57,103 nucleotides of DNA from Bacillota bacterium (GTDB lineage: Bacteria; Planctomycetota; Phycisphaerae; Tepidisphaerales; Tepidisphaeraceae), in assembly GCA_050261455.1 (NCBI GenBank), contig JBLNDH010000042.1:1-57103 (forward strand), written 5' to 3'. Numbering within the stretch: the stretch's first letter is position 1; every line of letters begins with the position of its first letter. A model generated the notes under the pieces. That model ran no database searches. It saw only the letters and a program-made list of their open reading frames with translations, and was not told where the DNA came from. This document shows, one piece after another, positions 26,161-35,252 of this stretch. The position numbers and the translations under genes are program-made.

Positions 26161-26406
26161 GAGAATCCTGCGATTTCCTCGGAAAAACAGAAGATCCGCT
26201 TGGCCGAGGGTAGCAAATCGGGTAGCAACCTCTCTGATTCGACCGATCTAGACCATGGTTTGCAGGACATGGCGAAGGTATGGGCCAACCTCCCCGAACA
26301 AACCCGGTCCGAAATCCTCGCTTTGATCCAGGCTGCCAAACCCAAGCAAGATCGATAGCCAATCCCCCTCGCCCATCGGCGGCATCCCGGCAACCTGGCG
26401 GAGCCG

Positions 26407-26882
26407 TTGCCCATTTCCGACGACCTCAGTCTCATCCCCCTCTCTTCAACGCCGCCGCGAGGCGGCTAGACGACTTCCCGGCCGGTTGCCCCATCCGAGT
26501 CATTGCCCATCTGGACCGTTGCCCCTTTGCCCCGTTGCCTGACACACAGGGGGATCAAATCCACCCTGATCGACATCCCCAGGGAGAGCCTTCGCCCCCT
26601 TGCCCAGTGGAACAGAAAAGGCATGGGCGGAGCCACCCGCCGTTGCCCAGTTGCCCGATCTACCGGGGGATCAATTTGCCTTAATCTGAGTGGTGATAGG
26701 CGGTAGCCTTTGCCCGGCAGACTGGAAAAACCCATTGACCAGCAATCCGAAAACCCCTCTTTTGCTCGCCCCCGCCATCCTGGCATCGACAGGGCGAGAG
26801 AACTTGGCTCTTTGCGGCCGTTGCCCCATTATCCGCTTATCGGGAGGATTGACACGCCAGCGGCATGGCCGCGACCTTGCCC
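26407..26882 (+). repeat. Array of 13 same-strand TTGCC(C/T) hexamers in non-coding DNA (iteron / arm-site-like)
   Basis: TTGCCC at 26407, 26486, 26503, 26519, 26527, 26600, 26643, 26651, 26710, 26821 and 26877. TTGCCT at 26535 and 26686. The motif is usually preceded by G/C-(G/T)T. GGGGGATCAA occurs at 26549 and 26665. Confidence 0.85.
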
Positions 26883-27171
26883 CGACTGATAGCCGGGCAG
26901 TACCTACGCCCCCACCTCGCCGACAAAACCCCATGGCTGCAACGCACGGCCCCGATTCAGATGGCGGATGATCAGAAGCCTACGCCAAGGGAGGACGACG
27001 TTGCAGGCGTACAGCCAAGCCCGTAGGACAGCAAACCGGTTACTATGCCCATGATCCCCCTGCTGTACGCGCCCCTGTTGGATGCGAGGGCGAGAGTTCT
27101 TTTTCCTGGCAGCGAAGCAAACAACCCCGGCCATGGCTTATCTGGCCTGATCTTCATGCTGCAACGGGACC

Positions 27172-27209
27172 AAAGAAAAACCCCCGCCTCATGCTGGATG
27201 AGACGGGGG
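27172..27209 (-). terminator. Rho-independent terminator for the 27466-27242 ORF
   Basis: Minus-strand cccccgtctcat-ccagc-atgaggcggggg (11/12 bp) followed by tttttcttt. It lies 33 nt after the ORF stop. Confidence 0.6.
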
Positions 27210-27241
27210 CGTCACGATGGCAACACTTGATGCCCGATTGG

Positions 27242-27466
27242 CTAGGCGATGCCACACGCCAACAGGGCAAGGCGGGCAGCTATTTCCTTACGAACCATGC
27301 TGGGACGGGCAAATTGCTCGCGGACGTAGTCGGGGGCGGCCGGCAGCATTTCATTCTGAATCTGAAGAATGAGGTCGGCCGCCCTCATTAATAACCACAT
27401 CTCCGCCAGGTGTTCCCGGCTGGTCTGCGGGATGGAGTTCTGCACGGGGGTCTGTGTCGTTTGCAT
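27242..27466 (-). CDS. Small hypothetical protein (74 aa)
   Basis: MQTTQTPVQNSIPQTSREHLAEMWLLMRAADLILQIQNEMLPAAPDYVREQFARPSMVRKEIAARLALLACGIA. Support comes from the strong downstream terminator and the AT-rich upstream region. I recognise no family. Confidence 0.45.
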   Translation of the reverse strand: MQTTQTPVQNSIPQTSREHLAEMWLLMRAADLILQIQNEMLPAAPDYVREQFARPSMVRKEIAARLALLACGIA

Positions 27467-28043
27467 GGTTCGCTTTCCTTATGCTTGGACTCGCAAGGTT
27501 CGCCGCTCTGTCCCATGGCCTAGCAATGGTGCAGAGTATGCCTAATGAATCCGAGCGTGGCAAACAAACACATGTTTATACTATAGTCACAATACACGTA
27601 GCATCATCGTTTCACTATACTGCTGGGCATTCGCATGCTCGGCAGTCATCGGGTATGATGTAGCATCCGACGGCAGGATTGCCCCACCCCTCCCCCGGTA
27701 CCACCCTTGAGCTTGGGTCCCATCGGGCAGGATTCCCGTATCTATCATGTCCCGACTATCATGAGATCAACTTTGACAACCTTGACAGCGACTGCTCACC
27801 AGAGTCCGCTGCCATCCATGGCCCCGCTTACGATTCAGCCGAGTCGTAATCAATTCCAGATCGGTACGCAGCACCGAAGCGCAAAACGATATGGCCAATA
27901 TTACATTGCTGCCCCACAATCCCCTGTCGCGAAAACTCGGTTTATTTTACAAGCCGGCCGGAATTTCCTCTAGATAGGGGAGGCTGACGAGCCCCGCGCG
28001 TGTTGCGGGTCGCTACGCAACAGTGTTCTCAACCAGGAGTTTC

Positions 28044-29318
28044 ATGCAACGTCCGCAGAAGCCGTATCCGGAGTTTCCACTGACCGCTTGCACAAACGGA
28101 CAGTGGCGAAAGATCGTCAAGGGCCAGCCCTACTACTTCGGTTCTTGGCGGACCGATCCCAAAGGCGAAAACGCCCTGAGGCTGTGGCTTGCGCGCAAGG
28201 AGGCCATTCTCGCCGGGCTCTACCGCGTGGACACTACCCCGAGCAACACCGCCAATGACCTGACGGTGGGCGAGCTCGTGAACAAATACCTGGCGATCAG
28301 AGGCCGCGACGTGGAGGCGGGCCGTATCGCGCCCGGCACCTACGGCGATTACATGGCCAATCTCAAAGACTTCGCCGACTTTGTTGGCCCCCGCGTGAAA
28401 GTCGCCATCCTCAAGCCGGGGCACTTCTCGGCCTATCGAGCCACCCTCGAATTGCGCAAGCTGGGGGCTCACGCCACCAGGCGGGTGATCGTCAACGTCA
28501 AGACCGCCTTCAAGTACGCCGTGGACGATGGGTGGATCACTTCGATCTGCTTCGGACGCGCATTCGTGGCCCCGCAAACCGATTCCGAAGCCGTGGCCCT
28601 GTCCTGCCTGCGGGCCGGTAAGGAGAACCGCACCGAGCGGATACTGGTCCGGCGCGAGGTCCGGCGGCTTCTTCGGGCCACGACCTTCAAGCCCAAGTGG
28701 CGGGCCATCGTGCTGCTGATGCTCAATGCGGCCATGAACCCCGCGGAAATCGCCCGCCTGAAATGGGCCGAGATCAACTTCAAGAGCGGCCGGCTCCGGC
28801 GTCGGCGGTGGAAGACGGGCATCCTGCAGGAAGCCTATCTCTGGAAGATCACGCGGAAGGCCCTGGAAGCCCTTCCCCGCGACGATGCGGAATGGGTCTT
28901 CGTTCGCCCCAACGGCCAACTGCTCGTGAATACAGAGCCCGTCAAGGGCAAGAAGGGTTCCGGGGAAGAGGCGATCGTGCATATTCGCCGCTCCAACCGC
29001 ATTTCCCGGCCCTTCCGCGATCTGGCGGAGGCCGCCGGCATCGAACGCATCACGCCCTACACCCTGCGTCGCACCGCTCGCACCGTCGCTGCTCATTGTC
29101 CTGATGACAACGCGGCCAAACGAATGATGGGCCAGCGATTGACGGGCCGGGACAATACCTACATCAAGGGCAGGTTCCCCTTGGCCCGACTGAAGGCGAT
29201 CGCCCGGACCCTCCACGATCGTCTGGTTGCGGCAAAGCCACAAGCCCCGAAGGACAAAGGTAGGTCCGGCAACGACGAGAATACCCCAGAGCAAGATAAC
29301 GGCCATTCGGGGCAATAA
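28044..29318 (+). CDS. Tyrosine-recombinase-fold integrase (integrase 2), full length, with apparently non-canonical active-site residues
   Basis: AGGAG RBS 4 nt before ATG 28044. SAM-like domain LTVGELVNKYLAIRGRDVEAGRIAPGTYGDYMANLKDFADFVG. Catalytic-domain pattern ...LNAAMNPAEIARLKWAEINF...RRRRWKTG...ITPYTLRRTARTVAA...MGQRLTGRDNTYIKG. Confidence 0.85.
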   Translation: MQRPQKPYPEFPLTACTNGQWRKIVKGQPYYFGSWRTDPKGENALRLWLARKEAILAGLYRVDTTPSNTANDLTVGELVNKYLAIRGRDVEAGRIAPGTYGDYMANLKDFADFVGPRVKVAILKPGHFSAYRATLELRKLGAHATRRVIVNVKTAFKYAVDDGWITSICFGRAFVAPQTDSEAVALSCLRAGKENRTERILVRREVRRLLRATTFKPKWRAIVLLMLNAAMNPAEIARLKWAEINFKSGRLRRRRWKTGILQEAYLWKITRKALEALPRDDAEWVFVRPNGQLLVNTEPVKGKKGSGEEAIVHIRRSNRISRPFRDLAEAAGIERITPYTLRRTARTVAAHCPDDNAAKRMMGQRLTGRDNTYIKGRFPLARLKAIARTLHDRLVAAKPQAPKDKGRSGNDENTPEQDNGHSGQ

Positions 29319-29337
29319 CCGGCATGCGATCCTCCGT

Positions 29338-30015
29338 TCAGCACCACGATACTTGGAGACAATGTGGCATCGGGTCGAATTGGCCCTCCTCTTGGTCGAT
29401 AGGCTGCTCATGGAGCAACTCAACATCCCGGTTCTCCAGCCATTTCTTGAGATAGAACGTTCTGAATACCTTCTTGATGAAAGCCGTGAAGCACATGGCC
29501 TCATTCACGTGAAGCCGTGCCTCCTCGAACTGCATATGGAGATGAACTAGCGGGTGGTCCTCGCGTTCTTGTTGCGGATCGAAGTCAAACCGCATGGGGG
29601 ATCGCAGACTAAGCTCACATATGTCTCTCGCGGCTCGTGGCGATTCGATGCACATAGCCAGACCATCACACAAGTCGTTCAAGGTCTCAGCCGGTGACGG
29701 AAACTTCACCGGGCATGGCCAGTACCACAGGGTATGCTCGACGATCGAGTTCCCCTCACAGACGTAGGATGCCCTAACAAGTGAATTATCAAACAGAATG
29801 CAGGTAAACTCGCCGCCCTTGACCCATCCCAGATACTGCTCAAGCGACCCGAAAGGATGCTGATGACCGCTTCCAGCCTCGCTGCTTCTCCACGAAATGC
29901 GGGTTCGGCCGTTAGCTGTGACTTCATGCGGCGTGTTGTAAAACCGCACAAGCTTGATCGCGTATAGGCTCTCGCACGTACTGGCAATGTGCTCGGCTAC
30001 CTGCCTAGCGTTCAT
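29338..30015 (-). CDS. DUF2290-like protein (family assignment from memory)
   Basis: ATG 30015 lies inside the 3' end of the upstream helicase ORF, with an 11-nt overlap. 225 aa. Cys/His-rich core ...WYWPCPVKFPSP...MRFDFDPQQEREDHPLVHLHMQFEEARLHV. Confidence 0.7.
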   Translation of the reverse strand: MNARQVAEHIASTCESLYAIKLVRFYNTPHEVTANGRTRISWRSSEAGSGHQHPFGSLEQYLGWVKGGEFTCILFDNSLVRASYVCEGNSIVEHTLWYWPCPVKFPSPAETLNDLCDGLAMCIESPRAARDICELSLRSPMRFDFDPQQEREDHPLVHLHMQFEEARLHVNEAMCFTAFIKKVFRTFYLKKWLENRDVELLHEQPIDQEEGQFDPMPHCLQVSWC

Positions 30016-31140
30016 CGCGTTCACCACCCTCCTTCAGCGCTCGCAGCAGTTCGCGAAGTTGTGGCATCGCATCGGGCGACAGCACACCTTGGCGGACAAG
30101 TTCGATGACTTCCTCCAGGTTCCGAGCAGCCTTCCGGATCTGTCCCTTTTCCTGTGCGGTACGATCACGGTTGATGCGACGCACCTTCTCCAACTCGGGC
30201 GATGTCGGGATACGGAATCGCAGCTTGAAGTCGCGGCTGGTGACCTGGTCGATTTCCTTCTGGAGCGTCGCCATGCCCTGGCCAATGCCGCAAATTCGCA
30301 CCCAGCAGCGGGAGCGGGTAATCCCTGTGAAAAGCACATTTCGCAAGCGGATCATCTCGTGTCCGGATGCACAGTGATCTGCATTGGCGATGTAGACCAT
30401 GGGTGCTTCGTTGCCCTTCGCCCGGAAGATCCCCGATACCGTGACAGCTCCTGTTTCCATGAAGGAATCTCGGTCGTTCGTGACGCCCGCCAAGTTCGAG
30501 GAGATACCATAGCTGTCGAGATGTCTCCGAAGCGCGTAGTATTCATCCTTCGCGGAGATCGCATTGGGCAGGATGATCAGAATGTCATCCGGATCAAGCT
30601 CATCCTCTGTGATGTTCCTTTTCACTTGGTCGGCAATCCAGACATTCTGCTCGTCACGAGACTGGAATGCCTTCACTGCGACGGCGTCTGCAGGGTCCAG
30701 TAGCTCCGTAAAGATCGTGGGATAAGATCGCGGAGCACGGGAAAGGGTTACAGTTTCCCCTTCGGTAAGGCTTCCGTGCTCTACCTGATATCCGATCTCC
30801 TCCCACATGCTTGGATCGTCGAAATGCTGCACGATGTGTGATTCTCGGAACAGGCCGAATCCTAGAGCATGGGCAAGAGTCAAGGCCCACGGCGTGTTGC
30901 GATAGCACACGGGTAGGATGATGTCGCGCTGCGGAGCCTCAGCGACGTTGGCCAGGCTAATCTCTCGGCCGAACAGATCGGGCGCGGAAGCCATGCTGGC
31001 ATCAGACAGGTTCTGCAACTCATCATACGCCCAAACAATCCGTTTCGGCTGCTTGGTCATTGCGTCCACGATCTGGAAGAAGGTCGGTGGCAGGTCCTGG
31101 GCCTCGTCGATGAGAATGGCATCATACAGGTCGAGTTGAG
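30005..31140 (-). pseudogene. Superfamily-1 (UvrD/COG3972-like) helicase lacking its N-terminal Walker A half
   Basis: The frame is open upstream of the track start and reads LDLYDAILIDEAQDLPPTFFQIVDAMTKQPKRIVWAYDELQNL (motif II DEAQD). Later motifs are VCYRNTPWAL, GIFRAKGNEAPMVYI and NVLFTGITRSRCWVRICG. No GxGKT is present. Upstream sequence switches to a transposase-like frame. Confidence 0.75.
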
Positions 31141-31341
31141 TGTCTGCTCCACGCTCGAACGCACCACCCGGTCGAGGTGGCCACGGGCCTTCTCGGCATC
31201 CACCGAAAATGCCGCCTTCAAAGCCTCCGTCTCGGTTCCTTCCGACGCCGAATCTGCTACCTTGTCCATCTGGCTCTCCTTCTTTCGGGTAAGGGTTGTC
31301 TTCACACCAACACCTTCCAGGCGGGAGAGCCGACTTTTCAA
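31140..31341 (-). pseudogene. Possible IS256/mutator-type transposase N-terminal scrap
   Basis: MDKVADSASEGTETEALKAAFSVDAEKARGHLDRVVRSSVEQTLNS resembles the ...LRELVRxxVEETLNALLDAE... N-terminus of IS256-family transposases. Only ~25 residues are similar. Confidence 0.25.
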
Positions 31342-31408
31342 TTGTGCGTAACTTTCAAGACGTTACCCCGCTCCTTCGGTACACTCAATCAGGAAACGCA
31401 CAAGCCCG

Positions 31409-31674
31409 CTACCAAAAGACGCAGCCCACAAGTGCGACCGCTTTCAGCAGGTCCCGGTGAATCCGGATCGCACTCTGGCTCAAGATGGACCCCACCATGT
31501 ACGCCACGCTGTGCTTGGGCGTGGAGGATGAAGCCCTACCATTGGAATGCTCAGGCACATGTACACCTGATCCACCAGGCAGTGGCCTCGCAGAACTTCC
31601 ACCTGCTTCTCCCGACACAGGTCCCGCAGGATTGGCCCGATTCGCCCCCATAGAGGATGATTGCAGCCTTTCAC
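31409..31674 (-). mobile_element. tnpA: IS200/IS605-family TnpA (Y1 transposase) remnant, frameshifted and 5'-truncated
   Basis: Frame 1 reads PLWGRIGPILRDLCREKQVEVLRGHCLVDQVYMCLSIP. Frame 2 reads PKHSVAYMVGSILSQSAIRIHRDLLKAVALVGCVFW. Together these parallel ...LRKLCEYKGVEIIEGHxMxDHIHLLVSIPPKYSVSQFMGYLKGKSSLMIF...NRHFW. Confidence 0.65.
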
Positions 31675-33035
31675 GGGATCACTTCTGTCTCACAACCCTC
31701 CTGAGTCACGGCTCCAGATTGTACGCGGGAGGCATCGCCGGAAGACTGGACACTATCCCGCATCACCTTAAGTGCAAGCATGAGATTCGCCTGGGTCCAC
31801 AGCAGCGGCGTGGCGTCACTTGGCACACGCCGGCCATCTTCGATGTAATACAACTCCGGACACCGCCATTCGGGGAACCCAGAATCGGGGCTGGTCAGTT
31901 GACCGAGCGAACGGTTCAGATACTTCGTCTGAAGGCGGAAAAACTCACCGTTCCGCGTAGCCTGATATCGCAAGCCATAAATAGCCGAGATGATCGGATC
32001 GAATATGCACCACTGCGCCTCATTGCCTCGCTGCGCCATGGTGTCCCGCGCAACCATGTTCTCACTGTAGTCGATCGTGCGTTTCTCCGCCGTTACCTTC
32101 TTTTTGTAGTCCGGTGCCCAGTACGAATCGCCAACGTACCGGCGGACGCCGTGATCGCCCTGGAGGTTCTCAAGGACATCCTGCAGTACGCGGTCAGCAA
32201 TCTTGCCGGTGATGACTTCGAGAGGATAGATGAGGAACAGCAGCGCAGCATCATACCGACGCCTTTGGGGCGACTTGGCCTGAATACACTCGGCAGGCAA
32301 GATCCTTCTTAAGGACGCCCTACCTTTCGCGATCAACTCGTCAAGCAAATGTCTTGGCCTTCTGTGCTTCGCGTTCAACGGAGATGAAGTCCACAGTCGC
32401 CTCAGTTCAAGCAGTCCGGCCACAACCGCTCCGATGCTCGATGCGGATATCTTCCTGATCTCCTCCCAATGTCCGCTGTCTTCATCCTTCCAGAAGGCGA
32501 CGGACTTGAGATACTTGGCCAGAAGCCACAGCGTATCCAAGTCAGTCTGTTCAGGCTTGATTAATCCTTTGCAGGCAAGCTTCGAATAGAACCAGATAAA
32601 ATAGCCCAACGCGTCATTCTGCGCATGCGGCCATTTCTCATCGATATCGCCAAGGGTCAACCCGTCGAACCGAATATGGGGACGACACATGACGTTCTTG
32701 GGGCTAACACCTCTTCTGCTGATCATCGTTCGGCACCGACTGCACTGTTTGCGAAAGTGGTCCATAAGGGCACATGCAGTCCGGGCGGCAACGTCGGCCT
32801 CGCCGAGGACGTAATGGGCATGGGCGATGTGCACGTTATCGCGTACCCAAACGCTGGCGTAGCCAGTGTAGGCCGTCTCGCCAGTGACCGAGGCTGCAGG
32901 AAACAGTCCGTTGTTGAGAGTGGGGAAACTGAAAACGCCCTTGTCAGACAACTCACGTCGGATCGCTCGGACTTTCTCAGACGTGTAATGGAACCGCAGC
33001 AAATCGAGCAGTGCTTCATTCTGAACAACAAGCAT
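31671..33035 (-). CDS. GH15-fold (glucoamylase / phosphorylase-kinase-regulatory-like) protein, no signal peptide
   Basis: Start MLVVQNEALLDLL (ATG 33035). YASVWVRDNVHIAHA, WPHAQNDALGYFIW, EDSGHWEEIRKISASSIGAVVAGL, GVRRYVGDSYW, EAQWCIFDP and TPLLWTQANLMLAL. Confidence 0.8.
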   Translation of the reverse strand: MLVVQNEALLDLLRFHYTSEKVRAIRRELSDKGVFSFPTLNNGLFPAASVTGETAYTGYASVWVRDNVHIAHAHYVLGEADVAARTACALMDHFRKQCSRCRTMISRRGVSPKNVMCRPHIRFDGLTLGDIDEKWPHAQNDALGYFIWFYSKLACKGLIKPEQTDLDTLWLLAKYLKSVAFWKDEDSGHWEEIRKISASSIGAVVAGLLELRRLWTSSPLNAKHRRPRHLLDELIAKGRASLRRILPAECIQAKSPQRRRYDAALLFLIYPLEVITGKIADRVLQDVLENLQGDHGVRRYVGDSYWAPDYKKKVTAEKRTIDYSENMVARDTMAQRGNEAQWCIFDPIISAIYGLRYQATRNGEFFRLQTKYLNRSLGQLTSPDSGFPEWRCPELYYIEDGRRVPSDATPLLWTQANLMLALKVMRDSVQSSGDASRVQSGAVTQEGCETEVIP

Positions 33036-33251
33036 TCGAGTGACCTTTCTGGTCCCCGTTCCAGTACAAAGGCGACACCATAGCATCACTGCGGACCGAA
33101 TCGCCCCCGGTGAACCAGGGTCCGACTGTCTGGCACAGTATCAAAGATCCAGGGATCCTTGCAAGGTCCTTCGAGAGGCATCCCCTGGAGCCACACGACC
33201 GCGGTCACGATCTCCCCCCCCGCATCCGTCATATGCCCCTCTACCAACCTT

Positions 33252-35252
33252 CTATTTGCTCCACGGGAATGCTCGCCAAATCCTGACTAAGAGTTGCCAT
33301 GGAGATCGCGCCGCAATCCCCGCCTTCGATACAATAGCGTATGCAGCTATGCCACCCAACAGCCCAATTGCGAAAGTGCAACCAAGCTTCGCAACCGAAC
33401 ACCGTTTCATATCGTCTATAAAGGGCCAAAAGATTTGAGGGACAGTGAGCGCAGCCACAAAGATCGCCAACCAATCTACAGCGGTTTGGATATCTTCTTC
33501 GCGGAGAGCCCGAAGGTGGGCGTGGATCTCATCCAGTTGTCTCCGCATCTGCTTTACCTGTCCCTGCAGATTGACACCCTTGCTGATCATGAGGAAGAGA
33601 TCATGTAATGCCATTCTCTGCCAGGAGGATACCGATTCCAGTCTCTCCATTATCATGCTACTAGCCTTAAACAGGCGATCTCGATCCTGGCGATTACTAA
33701 TCGCCAACCTCTCGCCCCTGTTCTTGTTCTTATAGTGCCGGTCAATAGTCGCTTTGGCTCGCTCTCGAACCGCCCGGCAGTAGGCCAATTGGATCTCGCA
33801 GTCGATGCACTCAAACAGCCTAGCCAGCGGACCGTGTTCAAGCCCCGCAATAATTGAAGAGACACCAAAGTACTCGGGACACATTCCCCAATAATCCGTC
33901 TCCCAGTAGCGATTCACAGCGTCGATGTAGCTCTCCGGCAAACCCTCTCCACTAGGCTGTGCGTTGCCGGATCGATTCCTTGCACACCCACGCTCTTTAC
34001 CTTTGGTGAAATTTGCCATCAAGACACCACGGCCAAGGGCTACGACTGAGAAGAAGTCGCGAGTGCCCCACTTGCTTTCGAGCCCTCTCTTGGCACATTC
34101 CTCCGGAACAAATTTGTAACCTTCATCCCCTGTGAGCATGCCATAGATGTTTTTGGGATGAGCCACGATGTACTGCTCGGCATCCATTGGCTCGCCGCTT
34201 GCGGTCTCTCCCGCTGTTCCTTCAATTGGGGCCTTCAACTCCACACACCACATGGGATTCGGCTTTCGGTACTTACGCTTGTCCCCCACCTCACCTCCTT
34301 CCAGCGTTTCCGCTTCAGCACCCGAGACTCGTGTTCCTGCTGCATTCGCGGGGAGTCCCATGGCAGGTTGATTGTCAGGGCGACCGACACCTTCCGAATC
34401 GGCAGCCCTTGATGCAATACCTGCGATCGATGGAACTCCTTGTCGGCTATTTCGCATTTTCGTGTTAGGCTCCTCAGCATCCCACACTGGAGCCCAGTCT
34501 ATTTCATAGTCTTTTCTAAACTGCTCTATGCAAGCGTCAGCAACCTCCATGAGCGAGCAGGTGTAGAGGCCAAGGTCTGTACAAGTCCACCTGATTTTGA
34601 CTTGACCTTCAGCGATCTTCTCGCCAGTGTTCTTACATCTGCAGGGTTGTACCCCTTCCCCGCTCGCCGCATTTGGTCGTGAGATCAGGAATCTGTTCGT
34701 GCACCGCTTTGTGAATCCCTCGCTCTCTGCACGTTCATGCGCACTATGAATGAGGGCCACGAAGTCGTGCGCTCGCACGGAATCCAGATGGATGTTCACT
34801 GTCAAATACGCCACACCAGAGCCTACATGAAGATGCACCAAGACAATCACCTTGGCGGTGTCCTGCCCATCGCGGAGATGCACTTTGATCGTATTCGGCC
34901 TGAAAAGGTACCTCTGTATGCTGTCCCCGTCGAGCCTGTCGGAAATGGTTCTCAATGATTCGAATTGCCATGCGAGTCGGGACACCGTATTGGGCCTAGG
35001 AGCCGCTTTATCATGGCCCACAGTTGCACCGTTCAGGTACCAGAAATGAGCGGTGTTCTTCCCCAACAGGCCTTTTGGGTTAACGTCTAACAGTTGAGCG
35101 AATGGATAAATGAAGCAGATGGATGCGCCCGACTCCGCGTCGGTCTCGATGAAATCTTCTTCTACGACCTTCGCCTGTGCGACAGACTCTAGGATGTGGC
35201 CTACGCTTTGGGCCACTGCAGCGCCGCCTTGTGAACTCTGATCTGAATTCAT
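33252..35252 (-). CDS. 666-aa hypothetical protein with a CorA-like C-terminal coiled coil and two-TM hairpin
   Basis: AAGGAGG RBS 6 nt before ATG 35252. The C-terminus reads ...QVKQMRRQLDEIHAHLRALREEDIQTAVDWLAIFVAALTVPQIFWPFIDDM...LGCTFAIGLLGGIAAYAIV. There is a low-complexity linker mid-protein. No GMN motif. Confidence 0.8.
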   Translation of the reverse strand: MNSDQSSQGGAAVAQSVGHILESVAQAKVVEEDFIETDAESGASICFIYPFAQLLDVNPKGLLGKNTAHFWYLNGATVGHDKAAPRPNTVSRLAWQFESLRTISDRLDGDSIQRYLFRPNTIKVHLRDGQDTAKVIVLVHLHVGSGVAYLTVNIHLDSVRAHDFVALIHSAHERAESEGFTKRCTNRFLISRPNAASGEGVQPCRCKNTGEKIAEGQVKIRWTCTDLGLYTCSLMEVADACIEQFRKDYEIDWAPVWDAEEPNTKMRNSRQGVPSIAGIASRAADSEGVGRPDNQPAMGLPANAAGTRVSGAEAETLEGGEVGDKRKYRKPNPMWCVELKAPIEGTAGETASGEPMDAEQYIVAHPKNIYGMLTGDEGYKFVPEECAKRGLESKWGTRDFFSVVALGRGVLMANFTKGKERGCARNRSGNAQPSGEGLPESYIDAVNRYWETDYWGMCPEYFGVSSIIAGLEHGPLARLFECIDCEIQLAYCRAVRERAKATIDRHYKNKNRGERLAISNRQDRDRLFKASSMIMERLESVSSWQRMALHDLFLMISKGVNLQGQVKQMRRQLDEIHAHLRALREEDIQTAVDWLAIFVAALTVPQIFWPFIDDMKRCSVAKLGCTFAIGLLGGIAAYAIVSKAGIAARSPWQLLVRIWRAFPWSK

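Noticed and set aside
26135-26215. Complete tRNA gene at the left att-like repeat (and likewise at 44545-44640)
   Set aside because: The T-arm and acceptor 3' strand are present, but the required complementary 5' acceptor strand and the D and anticodon arms are absent at tRNA-compatible distances. The nearest partial match (ggatctt) is only ~56 nt upstream with a G-G mismatch.
26280-26684. 134-aa ORF across the TTGCCC array (also 26466-26786 on the minus strand)
   Set aside because: Pro/Arg/Cys-rich translation. The repeated hexamer falls in all three frames, so the periodicity is at the DNA level, not the peptide level.
28029-29504. 491-aa minus-strand ORF
   Set aside because: Antisense shadow of integrase 2. 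Low-complexity Gly/Arg/Pro translation.
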